From contig CAXXVL010000002.1 in assembly GCA_963667845.2 (NCBI GenBank), positions 448,001 through 512,000 of the forward strand: 64,000 bases of DNA, in the 5' to 3' direction. A program made the position numbers and the translations under genes. This DNA comes from Smithellaceae bacterium. GTDB lineage: Bacteria; Desulfobacterota; Syntrophia; Syntrophales; Smithellaceae. Below the pieces are notes generated by a model, which saw nothing but the letters and a program-made list of their open reading frames with translations, did no database searches and was not told the DNA's origin. Of the stretch, positions 1 to 8,297 are shown piece by piece. The first letter of the stretch is position 1; the number at the start of each line of letters is the position of its first letter.

Positions 1-1615
1 GGCCATCCAGATCGAGGAAGCAGCCGATCTCCCGGACGGCCATCATATTTTTCTGGCGAACAAGTTCCCCCTGGTTGATGCCGATGGACAAGTATATGGC
101 GTTGGTGCCATCTCTCATGATATTACCGACCGCAAACAGACAGAAAGGAAATTAATAGACAGCGAAGAAAAATTCCGCATGCTGGCTGAATTCAGCCCTT
201 ATGCCATCATGATGCACCAGGGCGGATGCTGGATTTACGCCAATCCTGCAGCCGAGGAATTGACGGGCTATACGAAAGAGAAACTCTATAAAACCCCTTT
301 CTGGAAATTTGTGCACCCGGATTACAGGGACATGGTGAAACAACGGGGCCTTGATCGTCAGAAAGGGAAGGACCTGCCTCACACGTATGAGTTCAAAGTC
401 ATTACAAATACCGGCAAGGAAAGGTGGGTGAGCCTGACAGCGAACCCCATTCAGTATGAAGGTAAACCTACAGTCCTGATTTCCGTAATAGATATTACCG
501 AACGTAAGAATACCGAGTATGAATTACAGAGCATCCTTCAGCGCTCCAGCACCCTGGTTTCCAATATCAGCAGCGCCGTTTTACTGGTAAGCGAAAACCG
601 GATTGTAATGACTAATCCGGCATTCTGCGATTACTTTGAATTGCCGGATTCACCGGCAGAGCTTATCGGGCTCACCGCGGATGAAATGATCGAAAAAATA
701 AAAAATATGTATCTGCATCCTGAAGAGGAGATCATCCGTATCCGGGAAATCGTGGATCGGGAAGAGTCGGTGCTGGGCGAAGAGATAGCCATGCACGATG
801 GACGGACATGCCTGAGAGACCATATCCCTATACACAAAGATGGGCAATTTTACGGCCGTTTATGGAACCACACTGACATCACCGAGCGTAAGCGGACGGA
901 AGAAACCCTCAAACGGCAGTCCGACAGACTGGAAGATGCCAACAAAGAACTCGAAAGTTTCAGCTACTCCGTCTCCCATGACCTCCGTGCCCCCCTGAGA
1001 GCCATTGACGGTTTTTCCCGGAAGCTCGAGCGTGAATACGGAGATAAAGCCGATGAAAAATTCGCGGCGACGATCAAGGTCATTCGCGACAATGCCAAAA
1101 ACATGGGGAATTTAATCGACGATCTTCTTTCTTTTTCCAAGGTGCAAAAAACCAGCATAAACTCAGCTATAATTGATATGGACCAGTTAATTAACGATGT
1201 ATGGCATGATGTTCTTGAAGCGAACAGAAGAAGGGATCTTCGCTTCAACAAAATGAAGATTTTGCCCGGACACGGAGACCGGTCGCTCATCAGGCAAGTT
1301 CTTTTCAATCTGCTATCCAATGCTGTTAAATTCACGAAAGATCGGAACCCGGGCGTTATTGAAATAAGCAGCCACATGGACACCGATAAGATCGTCTATT
1401 GCATTAAAGATAATGGGATCGGATTCGACATGGAATATTATGATAAGCTATTTGGTGTCTTCCAGCGCCTGCACAGTCATGACGATTACGAGGGAACGGG
1501 TATCGGGCTGGCAATCGTTCAACGCATTGTTAAGCGTCACGGTGGCAGCATCTGGGCTGAAGGAAAAGTGGATGAGGGAGCAACTTTTCATTTTTCACTG
1601 CCGTTGACGCCTTGA
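1..1615 (+). CDS. Multi-PAS sensor histidine kinase (5'-truncated by window edge)
   Basis: The frame of ORF 179..1615 is open back to position 2 (AIQIEEAADLPDG...GAISHDITDRK, a PAC motif). H-box SYSVSHDLRAPLRAI, N-box NLLSNAVKF, G-boxes DNGIGFD and GTGIGLAIV. Confidence 0.93.
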   Translation, partial: AIQIEEAADLPDGHHIFLANKFPLVDADGQVYGVGAISHDITDRKQTERKLIDSEEKFRMLAEFSPYAIMMHQGGCWIYANPAAEELTGYTKEKLYKTPFWKFVHPDYRDMVKQRGLDRQKGKDLPHTYEFKVITNTGKERWVSLTANPIQYEGKPTVLISVIDITERKNTEYELQSILQRSSTLVSNISSAVLLVSENRIVMTNPAFCDYFELPDSPAELIGLTADEMIEKIKNMYLHPEEEIIRIREIVDREESVLGEEIAMHDGRTCLRDHIPIHKDGQFYGRLWNHTDITERKRTEETLKRQSDRLEDANKELESFSYSVSHDLRAPLRAIDGFSRKLEREYGDKADEKFAATIKVIRDNAKNMGNLIDDLLSFSKVQKTSINSAIIDMDQLINDVWHDVLEANRRRDLRFNKMKILPGHGDRSLIRQVLFNLLSNAVKFTKDRNPGVIEISSHMDTDKIVYCIKDNGIGFDMEYYDKLFGVFQRLHSHDDYEGTGIGLAIVQRIVKRHGGSIWAEGKVDEGATFHFSLPLTP

Positions 1616-1791
1616 ATTAGGGTTGTGTTGGATCGCATGGGGCTTCGTTAACGTCAAACATTTCTGATGGTAATGGCCAGTTTATATTTTGCTAAACCTG
1701 TTTATTCAATCGTGTCATATTCTTTGGTCTCATATCCTTCCGGATAAAGCTCTTTCCCCGCAGGGGGCAGTCTAAATCCCTCGCAAAAAGG

Positions 1792-1828
1792 AAATGCCGC
1801 TTAACGGTTTCCCGTTAAGCGGCATTTT
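1792..1828. terminator. Probable bidirectional intrinsic terminator
   Basis: AAATGCCGCTTAACGG-TTTC-CCGTTAAGCGGCATTT perfect stem between the convergent kinase and acs genes. Confidence 0.8.
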
Positions 1829-1841
1829 GAGGAGGGACTTC

Positions 1842-1891
1842 ATGTAGAAAACTGCCTGCCACCCGTCAGGGTGGTTGCTGCGATTCTACAT
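1842..1891. repeat. GTAG-type REP-like palindrome with internal GCCACC/GGTGG mini-hairpin
   Basis: ATGTAGAA...TTCTACAT terminal inverted repeat enclosing CCTGCCACCCGTCAGGGTGG; similar architecture at 53423-53470. Confidence 0.6.
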
Positions 1892-1899
1892 TGGGGGTG

Positions 1900-3879
1900 C
1901 TAACCTAATTTCTTTCTGTTCGCGACCAGATCATCAACGACTGCCGGGTCAGCCAGGGTTGACGTGTCACCGAAATCACCGAATGTTTTTGCGGCGACGT
2001 TTCTCAGAACGCGGCGCATAATCTTGCCGGATCTGGTTTTCGGCAGACCATCCGCCCATTGAATCTGGTCGGGTGATGCGATCGGACCGACGACCTTGCG
2101 GACATGGGCGATCAGAGCCTTTTTGAGTTCATCCGTCTTGGCCACATTATTGTTCAGGGTAACATAAGCGAAGATGCCCTGGCCTTTGATGTCATGGGGG
2201 AATCCGACAACCGCCGCTTCGGCGACATCCGCATGAGAGGTCAATGCGGCTTCGACTTCCGCGGTGCCCAGTCTGTGACCGGAAACATTGATAACGTCAT
2301 CAACACGGCCGGTGATTTTGTAATCGCCGTCGGCATCGCGTTCCGCGCCGTCACCGGAGAAGTACGTACCCGGGAACTGCACGAAGTAATTCTCGACAAA
2401 CCGGCCGTCTTTATCATCCCACAAACCGCGGGCGATGCCGGGCCATGAATTCTTAATGCACAGTGCGCCTTTGCCGGGGCCTTTGATTTCTTTTCCTTCT
2501 TCATCAAATAGAACCGGAACAACGCCGAAGAACGGAACCATGGCTTTGGCAGGCTTGATGTCAATCGCGCCGGGCAGAGGCAGGATCATATGTCCGCCTG
2601 TTTCCGTCTGCCACCAGGTATCGGAAATCGTGCAGCGGCCGGCACCGATCTTATTGTAGTACCACCACCAGGCTTCGGGATTGAGCGGTTCACCGACCGA
2701 ACCCAGAACGCGCAGCGAGGAAATATCATGTGCGTCGACCCATTTGTCGCCTTCTTTGGCAATCGAGCGGATCGCTGTCGGAGCGGTATAGAAATTGTTG
2801 ACATTGTATTTCTCGACGACAGCCCAAAACCTACCGAAGTCCGGATAGTTGGGAACGCCTTCGAACAGGATGCTCGAGTGGCCGTTGCAAAGCGGGCCGT
2901 AAACGATATAGCTGTGACCGGTGACCCAGCCGATATCGGCGGTGCACCAGTAGGTATCTTCTTCGCGGACGTCAAAAGCGAGCTGCTGGGTCATCGAGGC
3001 ATAAAGCAGATAGCCGGCCTGGGTATGCACAACGCCCTTGGGTTGCCCGGTCGAACCGGATGTATAAAGGATGAACAGCGGATCTTCTGCGTCCATTTCT
3101 TCCGGTTTGCAGTATTTGTCCGCTTTGGCCATCAATTCTTCGTACCAGATGTCGCGGCCTTCGGTCATAGCAACTTGCGTTCCGGTGCGTTTTACAACCA
3201 CCACGGTTTTCACGCCGGGGCACTGAGCCACGGCTTTGTCCGCGGTGTCTTTCTGAGGAACGGCCTTGGCGCCGCGATAGGTGCCGTCGCAGGTAATGAC
3301 GACTTTCGAGCCGGAATTATTAATGCGGTCTCTTAACGCTTCCGCCGAGAATCCGCCGAAAACGATGGCATGAACAGCGCCGATGCGGGCGCAGGCCAGC
3401 ATGACGATGGACAGTTCCGCGATCATGGGCAGGAAGATGGTAACGCGATCGCCCTTTTTAACGCCCAGGCCTTTCAGAACATTGGCGAACTTGTTCACTT
3501 CGCGATACATGTCGTAATAGGTATAAACTTTCCAGTCATTGGGGTCGTTGCCTTCGAAAATGATCGCGGCCTTGTTTTTCTTGGTTTCCAGATGACGGTC
3601 CAGGCAGTTGTAAGAGACATTGATCTTGCCGCCTTCAAACCATTTGGAATGAACGTCTTTCGCGTCAAATGACCAGTCCGAGACTTTCTTTTTATCAAAG
3701 GGTTTGAACCAGGTCAGTCTTTCGGTTGCCATTTTTGCCCAGAACGCATTAGGGTCGGTAATCGACTCTTTGTACAGTTTGTCGTACTCTGCCCTGCTCT
3801 TGATGTAAGATTTCTCTCTTACTCTCTCAGGTACAGGAAATACCTTGTCATAAAAATCTTTTTCATTAGCTTCAGCCAT
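1900..3879 (-). CDS. acs: Acetyl-CoA synthetase (AMP-forming)
   Basis: 659 aa; motifs ILYTSGSTGQPKG, DTWWQTETGG, LPKTRSGKIMRR; RBS AAGGAG upstream. Confidence 0.97.
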   Translation of the reverse strand: MAEANEKDFYDKVFPVPERVREKSYIKSRAEYDKLYKESITDPNAFWAKMATERLTWFKPFDKKKVSDWSFDAKDVHSKWFEGGKINVSYNCLDRHLETKKNKAAIIFEGNDPNDWKVYTYYDMYREVNKFANVLKGLGVKKGDRVTIFLPMIAELSIVMLACARIGAVHAIVFGGFSAEALRDRINNSGSKVVITCDGTYRGAKAVPQKDTADKAVAQCPGVKTVVVVKRTGTQVAMTEGRDIWYEELMAKADKYCKPEEMDAEDPLFILYTSGSTGQPKGVVHTQAGYLLYASMTQQLAFDVREEDTYWCTADIGWVTGHSYIVYGPLCNGHSSILFEGVPNYPDFGRFWAVVEKYNVNNFYTAPTAIRSIAKEGDKWVDAHDISSLRVLGSVGEPLNPEAWWWYYNKIGAGRCTISDTWWQTETGGHMILPLPGAIDIKPAKAMVPFFGVVPVLFDEEGKEIKGPGKGALCIKNSWPGIARGLWDDKDGRFVENYFVQFPGTYFSGDGAERDADGDYKITGRVDDVINVSGHRLGTAEVEAALTSHADVAEAAVVGFPHDIKGQGIFAYVTLNNNVAKTDELKKALIAHVRKVVGPIASPDQIQWADGLPKTRSGKIMRRVLRNVAAKTFGDFGDTSTLADPAVVDDLVANRKKLG

Positions 3880-4007
3880 ATTATTCTCCTTTTATTTTTT
3901 ATGCCTTTAATTTCCGCCGAAAAGGCAATCTTTTTGATCTTACGTATGGACTCCGGTTATGCGCCCCTTTATTTTTTGCCATGAAGAGCGCTGTTATTTT
4001 TTGCCTT

Positions 4008-4139
4008 CTTTTCAGGAGGGGTACGCCCCGCGGTTCGGGCTTCGTTCCTGTTGGTCAGACGCGCGTTTCTGATTCACCAGCCACAAAACGTTGGGGCGTA
4101 TTACATATGGCGGATGCAATACATGTACCCCTTGAAAAG
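4008..4139 (-). ncRNA. Candidate structured cis-regulatory RNA in the acs leader (family not recognised)
   Basis: Nested stems CUUUUCA/UGAAAAG, AGGGGUAC/GUACCCCU, GUAUUGCAU/AUGUAAUAC, GCCCC/GGGGC, UGGU/ACCA, UCAGA/UCUGA. G-U pairs favour the minus (acs-sense) strand. Confidence 0.5.
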
Positions 4140-4224
4140 CAGTTACGGAATACACCTTTTCCGGGGTGCCGGGTATCGGCTTCAGTCCGAATTCAAAGTA
4201 AGGATAAGTCCTACAGGCTGTCCG

Positions 4225-4241
4225 TTTTTGTCTGACAAAAA
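4225..4241. promoter_or_regulatory. Perfect 17-bp palindrome, putative transcription-factor operator upstream of acs
   Basis: TTTTTGTC-T-GACAAAAA, flanked by the direct repeat GGATAAGT at 4202 and 4251. Confidence 0.5.
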
Positions 4242-4391
4242 AATTGGCTTGGATAAGTGATAGAGAAAGACTTCTTTTGAAAACCGGAAAATTGGAGACA
4301 AGATGCACCACCGTCAAGTTAACCCCGGCGCGTTCGTCCGCGGAAAGACGAAGTTGACGCCCCGGATCGGGTATCGACGACGACGGTTCTT

Positions 4392-4763
4392 TTATCCCTG
4401 CTGTTCCAGAAACTTCCGGCGGAAGGCGAGCGGGTTGCGTATCGCAGCAAACGGCTCGCGCGTGCTGCCGGTGCCCATGATGACGATCGTTCCGTAGTTC
4501 AGGATGCGTCCGAGAATGCTCTGGATGACGTTAATGGATTCGATCTTGGAGTGATTCATTTCGAAGGTATTGCGGGAAATAAAGCCGGTCTTGATAATCA
4601 AACGTTTATTGGTGATGGCGAATTCGCTCGTCCAATACGCGATGAGCGGCGCAATAAAGAGCGTAAAAATGCCCTTCAGGGAGATGAAGGTGATCCAGTG
4701 TAATTTGGTTTCGTAAACGACTTGTTCGCCGGCGATCAGATTGTTATCGACGTAACTGCCCAT
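4392..4763 (-). CDS. Bacterial PH-domain membrane protein
   Basis: 123 aa; TM segment then EFAITNKRLIIKTG...IESINVIQSILGRILNYGTIVI, a bPH_2-like pattern. Confidence 0.8.
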   Translation of the reverse strand: MGSYVDNNLIAGEQVVYETKLHWITFISLKGIFTLFIAPLIAYWTSEFAITNKRLIIKTGFISRNTFEMNHSKIESINVIQSILGRILNYGTIVIMGTGSTREPFAAIRNPLAFRRKFLEQQG

Positions 4764-4796
4764 TGCAATTTTTCTCCTCTATCGTGTTTTTCTAAA

Positions 4797-5618
4797 TCAG
4801 CGCCAGGTAATCAGCGGTTCATTGCGCACAGGAATCCGGTGAAAATGATGCTGCGGGTATCCCAGCATCACCGCACCGAAGCACTGGTGGCCCGCGGGCA
4901 GCGCCAGTTTTTCAATCAGCGGATCATAGGCGTTGGCCGCCGCCGTAAAATAGCCGGCCCAGCAGGTTCCCAGCCCTTTCGCATGAGCATAAAGCTCCAG
5001 ATAGGTGAGTGCAATCGCGCAGTCGGCCGCCGGGAAAGATAAATCCTGAGGGCAATGCGTGACCACCAGATGCGGCGCTCCCCGCATAATGCGGTCCCGG
5101 CCGTAGTCCCAGGCGCCGACGATGCGCCGGAAACGCCGGACCGTGCCCTCATCGGAGGTCAGAGGAAGCATGATCCGCATAAAATCGATCACCAGTTCGG
5201 CCAGAGCGTGGACCTCTTCGGGGTTCCGGAAGACCAGCCAGTGAACCTGTTGCTTGTTGCTGCCGGTGGGCGCATAGCGCGCCGTGGTCAGTAATTCCGT
5301 CAACATCTGGTCGGACACGGGTGTTTTTTTATACTGGCGAATCGAACGCCGGGTCAGGAGGATCTGCCTCATAATCGCGGCGTCGGGGATGTTTTTCTCG
5401 ACCGGCGGACAGGCGGCAAGCGGCATGTTGACATGTGAAATGGCATCGTGAGGACAGACGGCTATGCAATGTCCGCAGTTGATACAGAATTCCTCTCCGT
5501 GTTCCAACATCGTCGGAAAGGATTTTTTGTCCGCCTGAACGATAATTTGCGCCGGACACTCCGCCACACAAATTCCGTCACGCTTACACTTCGTCTGGTC
5601 GATGCTGAAAAGCGCCAT
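4797..5618 (-). CDS. Nitroreductase with N-terminal 4Fe-4S ferredoxin domain
   Basis: CxxDxxCxxxCP and CINCGHCIAVCP motifs; RRSIRQY, APTGSNKQ, GLGTCWAG. Confidence 0.92.
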   Translation of the reverse strand: MALFSIDQTKCKRDGICVAECPAQIIVQADKKSFPTMLEHGEEFCINCGHCIAVCPHDAISHVNMPLAACPPVEKNIPDAAIMRQILLTRRSIRQYKKTPVSDQMLTELLTTARYAPTGSNKQQVHWLVFRNPEEVHALAELVIDFMRIMLPLTSDEGTVRRFRRIVGAWDYGRDRIMRGAPHLVVTHCPQDLSFPAADCAIALTYLELYAHAKGLGTCWAGYFTAAANAYDPLIEKLALPAGHQCFGAVMLGYPQHHFHRIPVRNEPLITWR

Positions 5619-5786
5619 GGCCCTCTCCTTATTTCGGTTCTTGAATCCTCCGGTCGCGTGAGACCGCCTGATCCTCTGATAGAGTATTAATATAATGATT
5701 GCAATGTCTTTTTGGCAATCTCCGGGTTGTGATATTTTGTTTTTTATTTATAATGCAAATCCGGAGGAGAAAAGGTAAGAAAAATT

Positions 5787-8171
5787 ATGGCAAAACTGAC
5801 ATTGGACGAATGGATCGCAAGGCTCAAGAAGAACAAAAGTTTCAATGCCAACGCTGCGGCTATCGTGGATATTGCGGCAAAACAAGGCGATTGGGAGGAC
5901 TATCCCGCCTGGGTCGATCCGCGCCTGCGGGAGGTGCTGGTCAGACGCGGCATGGAACGGCTCTATAAGCATCAGGCCCAGGCCGTCCGTTTCATCCGCA
6001 ACGGCCAGGATGTCGTGCTCGTCACACCCACGGCCAGCGGCAAGACGCTCTGCTACAACCTGCCCGTTTTACAAAGCATTCTTGACGAGCCGGAAACCCG
6101 GGCGCTATATATGTTTCCGACCAAGGCGCTGGCCCAGGATCAGATGCATGAAGCGCACAGCCTGATCACCGATCTGGCGGCCGACATCAAAACCTTTACC
6201 TACGACGGAGACACGCCGGACGACGCGCGCCAGGCGATCCGCCGGCAGGGACACATCGTCGTCACCAACCCCGATATGCTGCATGCGGGCATTCTGCCCC
6301 ATCATACGAAGTGGCAGAAGCTTTTCATGAATCTGAAATATATCGTCATTGACGAACTGCATATCTACCGCGGCATCTTCGGTTCGCACTTTGCCAACGT
6401 CATCCGGAGGCTCATCCGGATCTGCCGCTTCTATGGGGCCAATCCCGTGTTCATCTGCTGTTCGGCCACGGTCGCTAACCCCCGCGAACACGCTGAAAAA
6501 ATTCTGGAGCGGCCCGTAGCGCTGCTCGATAAAAGCGGCGCACCCACCGGCGCCAAAACGTTCGTCCTGTATAATCCGCCCATCGTCAACCGCGAGCTGG
6601 GCATCAGACAGAGCGCCATGACGCCCGCACGCAAGTTTGCGACGGACCTGATTGACAACAATATTCAGACGATCGTCTTTGCCACCAGCCGTCTCCATGT
6701 CGAAGTCCTGACGAAATATCTGAAGGATAAATTTGTCAAAACGAGGCCGGTGGATGATCATTTCGTCACCGGCTACCGCGGCGGCTATCTGCCGAACCTC
6801 AGGCGTGAAATCGAAAGCGGCCTCAGGTCGCGCGACGTCATGGGCGTGATCAGCACCAATGCTCTGGAGCTGGGTATCGACATCGGCAATCTGGAGGCCT
6901 GTATCATGGCCGGCTACCCGGGCTCCATCGCCAGCACCTGGCAGCAGGCCGGGCGAGCGGGCAGGCGTTCCGGACGCAGCCTGGCCATTCTCATCGCCAG
7001 GAGCAATCCGCTGGATCAGTTCATCATGGAAAATCCCGATTATTTCTTTTCACTTTCGCCGGAGCACTGCCGGATCAATCCCGACAACCTGCTCATCCTG
7101 CTGCACCACATCAAGAGCGCGGCCTTCGAGCTGCCGTTTGAAAAGGGAGAAAAATTCGGCGGCGAAAATCTGGAAGAATTTCTGCAGTATCTGGAGGAAA
7201 AAGGCGTCCTGCACCGGACCGATGACCGCTGGCACTGGTCGGCGGAAAGCTACCCGGCCGACGAAGTCAGCCTGCGGTCGATCAACCCGGAAAATGTCGT
7301 GGTTGTCGACACGACCGACGCGGGGAACCACAAGGTGATCGCCGAGGTGGACTGGGACAGCGCCTTTACCGCGGTCCACGACGACGCCATCTACATGCTG
7401 GCCTCCGAACAGTACCACGTGGACAAACTCGATCTGGAACGCAAGAAAGCCTATGTACGCAAGGTGGACGCGGATTACTACACCGACGCGATGACCTACA
7501 CGAACGTGCGGGTGATCGACTCCTTTGACCATCATACCGAGGCCGGTGCTATTGTCGAGCACGGCGAAGTGCAGGTCGTGCGCAAAGTGGTGGGCTATAA
7601 AAAAATAAAATTTTACACGTCTGAAAATCTCGGCTACGGAGATGTCAATCTGCCGGAAAAAGATATGCACACGACGAGCTACTGGTTTACGATCCCGCGC
7701 GACCGCCTGCGCACACTTACCTTCACGGCTGCGGAAATCATCGACGGCCTGTCGGCGCTGGCTTACACGCTGCAGCATTTGTCGGCCATGTTTCTGATGG
7801 CCGACACGCATGACATCGACCGATCGATCGGGGATAAAAGCGGCGAGTGGTTTGTGAACCAGGGAAGAACCGGGCGCGTCATCACGTCTTTTTCCACAGG
7901 AAGGCAGCAGTCCCTGGAAGGGCCGGCGGGCGTGCGCATCGACGAATTCGATCCGACGATTTTCATCTTTGATTCCTATCCGGGCGGCATCGGCTTTTCC
8001 GAACTGCTTTACCACGAACACACCAATCTTCTTCTGGCCGCCAGGACGCTGATTGAAAAATGCCCCTGCGCCTACGGCTGCCCATCCTGCGTTGGCCCCA
8101 CGCTCGAAGTCGGCAAAACCGCCAAAGAAATCGTGCCGAAGATTATTGAACTGGTTTTAAAGCAAGGTTGA
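5787..8171 (+). CDS. DEAD/DEAH helicase with C-terminal DUF1998 (MrfA/YprA-like)
   Basis: TPTASGKT, PTKALAQDQ, DELH, STNALELGIDIG, QQAGRAGR and C-terminal CPCAYGCPSC. Confidence 0.93.
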   Translation: MAKLTLDEWIARLKKNKSFNANAAAIVDIAAKQGDWEDYPAWVDPRLREVLVRRGMERLYKHQAQAVRFIRNGQDVVLVTPTASGKTLCYNLPVLQSILDEPETRALYMFPTKALAQDQMHEAHSLITDLAADIKTFTYDGDTPDDARQAIRRQGHIVVTNPDMLHAGILPHHTKWQKLFMNLKYIVIDELHIYRGIFGSHFANVIRRLIRICRFYGANPVFICCSATVANPREHAEKILERPVALLDKSGAPTGAKTFVLYNPPIVNRELGIRQSAMTPARKFATDLIDNNIQTIVFATSRLHVEVLTKYLKDKFVKTRPVDDHFVTGYRGGYLPNLRREIESGLRSRDVMGVISTNALELGIDIGNLEACIMAGYPGSIASTWQQAGRAGRRSGRSLAILIARSNPLDQFIMENPDYFFSLSPEHCRINPDNLLILLHHIKSAAFELPFEKGEKFGGENLEEFLQYLEEKGVLHRTDDRWHWSAESYPADEVSLRSINPENVVVVDTTDAGNHKVIAEVDWDSAFTAVHDDAIYMLASEQYHVDKLDLERKKAYVRKVDADYYTDAMTYTNVRVIDSFDHHTEAGAIVEHGEVQVVRKVVGYKKIKFYTSENLGYGDVNLPEKDMHTTSYWFTIPRDRLRTLTFTAAEIIDGLSALAYTLQHLSAMFLMADTHDIDRSIGDKSGEWFVNQGRTGRVITSFSTGRQQSLEGPAGVRIDEFDPTIFIFDSYPGGIGFSELLYHEHTNLLLAARTLIEKCPCAYGCPSCVGPTLEVGKTAKEIVPKIIELVLKQG

Positions 8172-8226
8172 AGGTTCAAGATGCAAGGTGCAAGGTAAAC
8201 ATATCCGTCACCGCTGACACCCCGCC

Positions 8227-8282
8227 ACGCATGCCCTCGTGTGACCTCGCGCCACCTTTAGGTGGTCAGGTCATTAGGGTAG
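8227..8282 (-). repeat. Copy of a ~38-nt dispersed module, interrupted by an 18-nt hairpin insert
   Basis: Reverse complement matches 50667-50704 apart from 3 substitutions and the extra CGCGCCACCTTTAGGTGG at 8248-8265. Confidence 0.75.
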
Positions 8283-8297
8283 CGGGAGACAAAAAGA

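Noticed and set aside
4008..4139. 6S, SRP or RNase P RNA
   Set aside because: Lacks SRP and RNase P signature motifs and is shorter and more branched than a typical 6S RNA; not fully excluded without cmscan.
5787..8171. DISARM/Druantia-type defence system
   Set aside because: No methylase or other partner genes; the neighbour is a YprB-type exonuclease.
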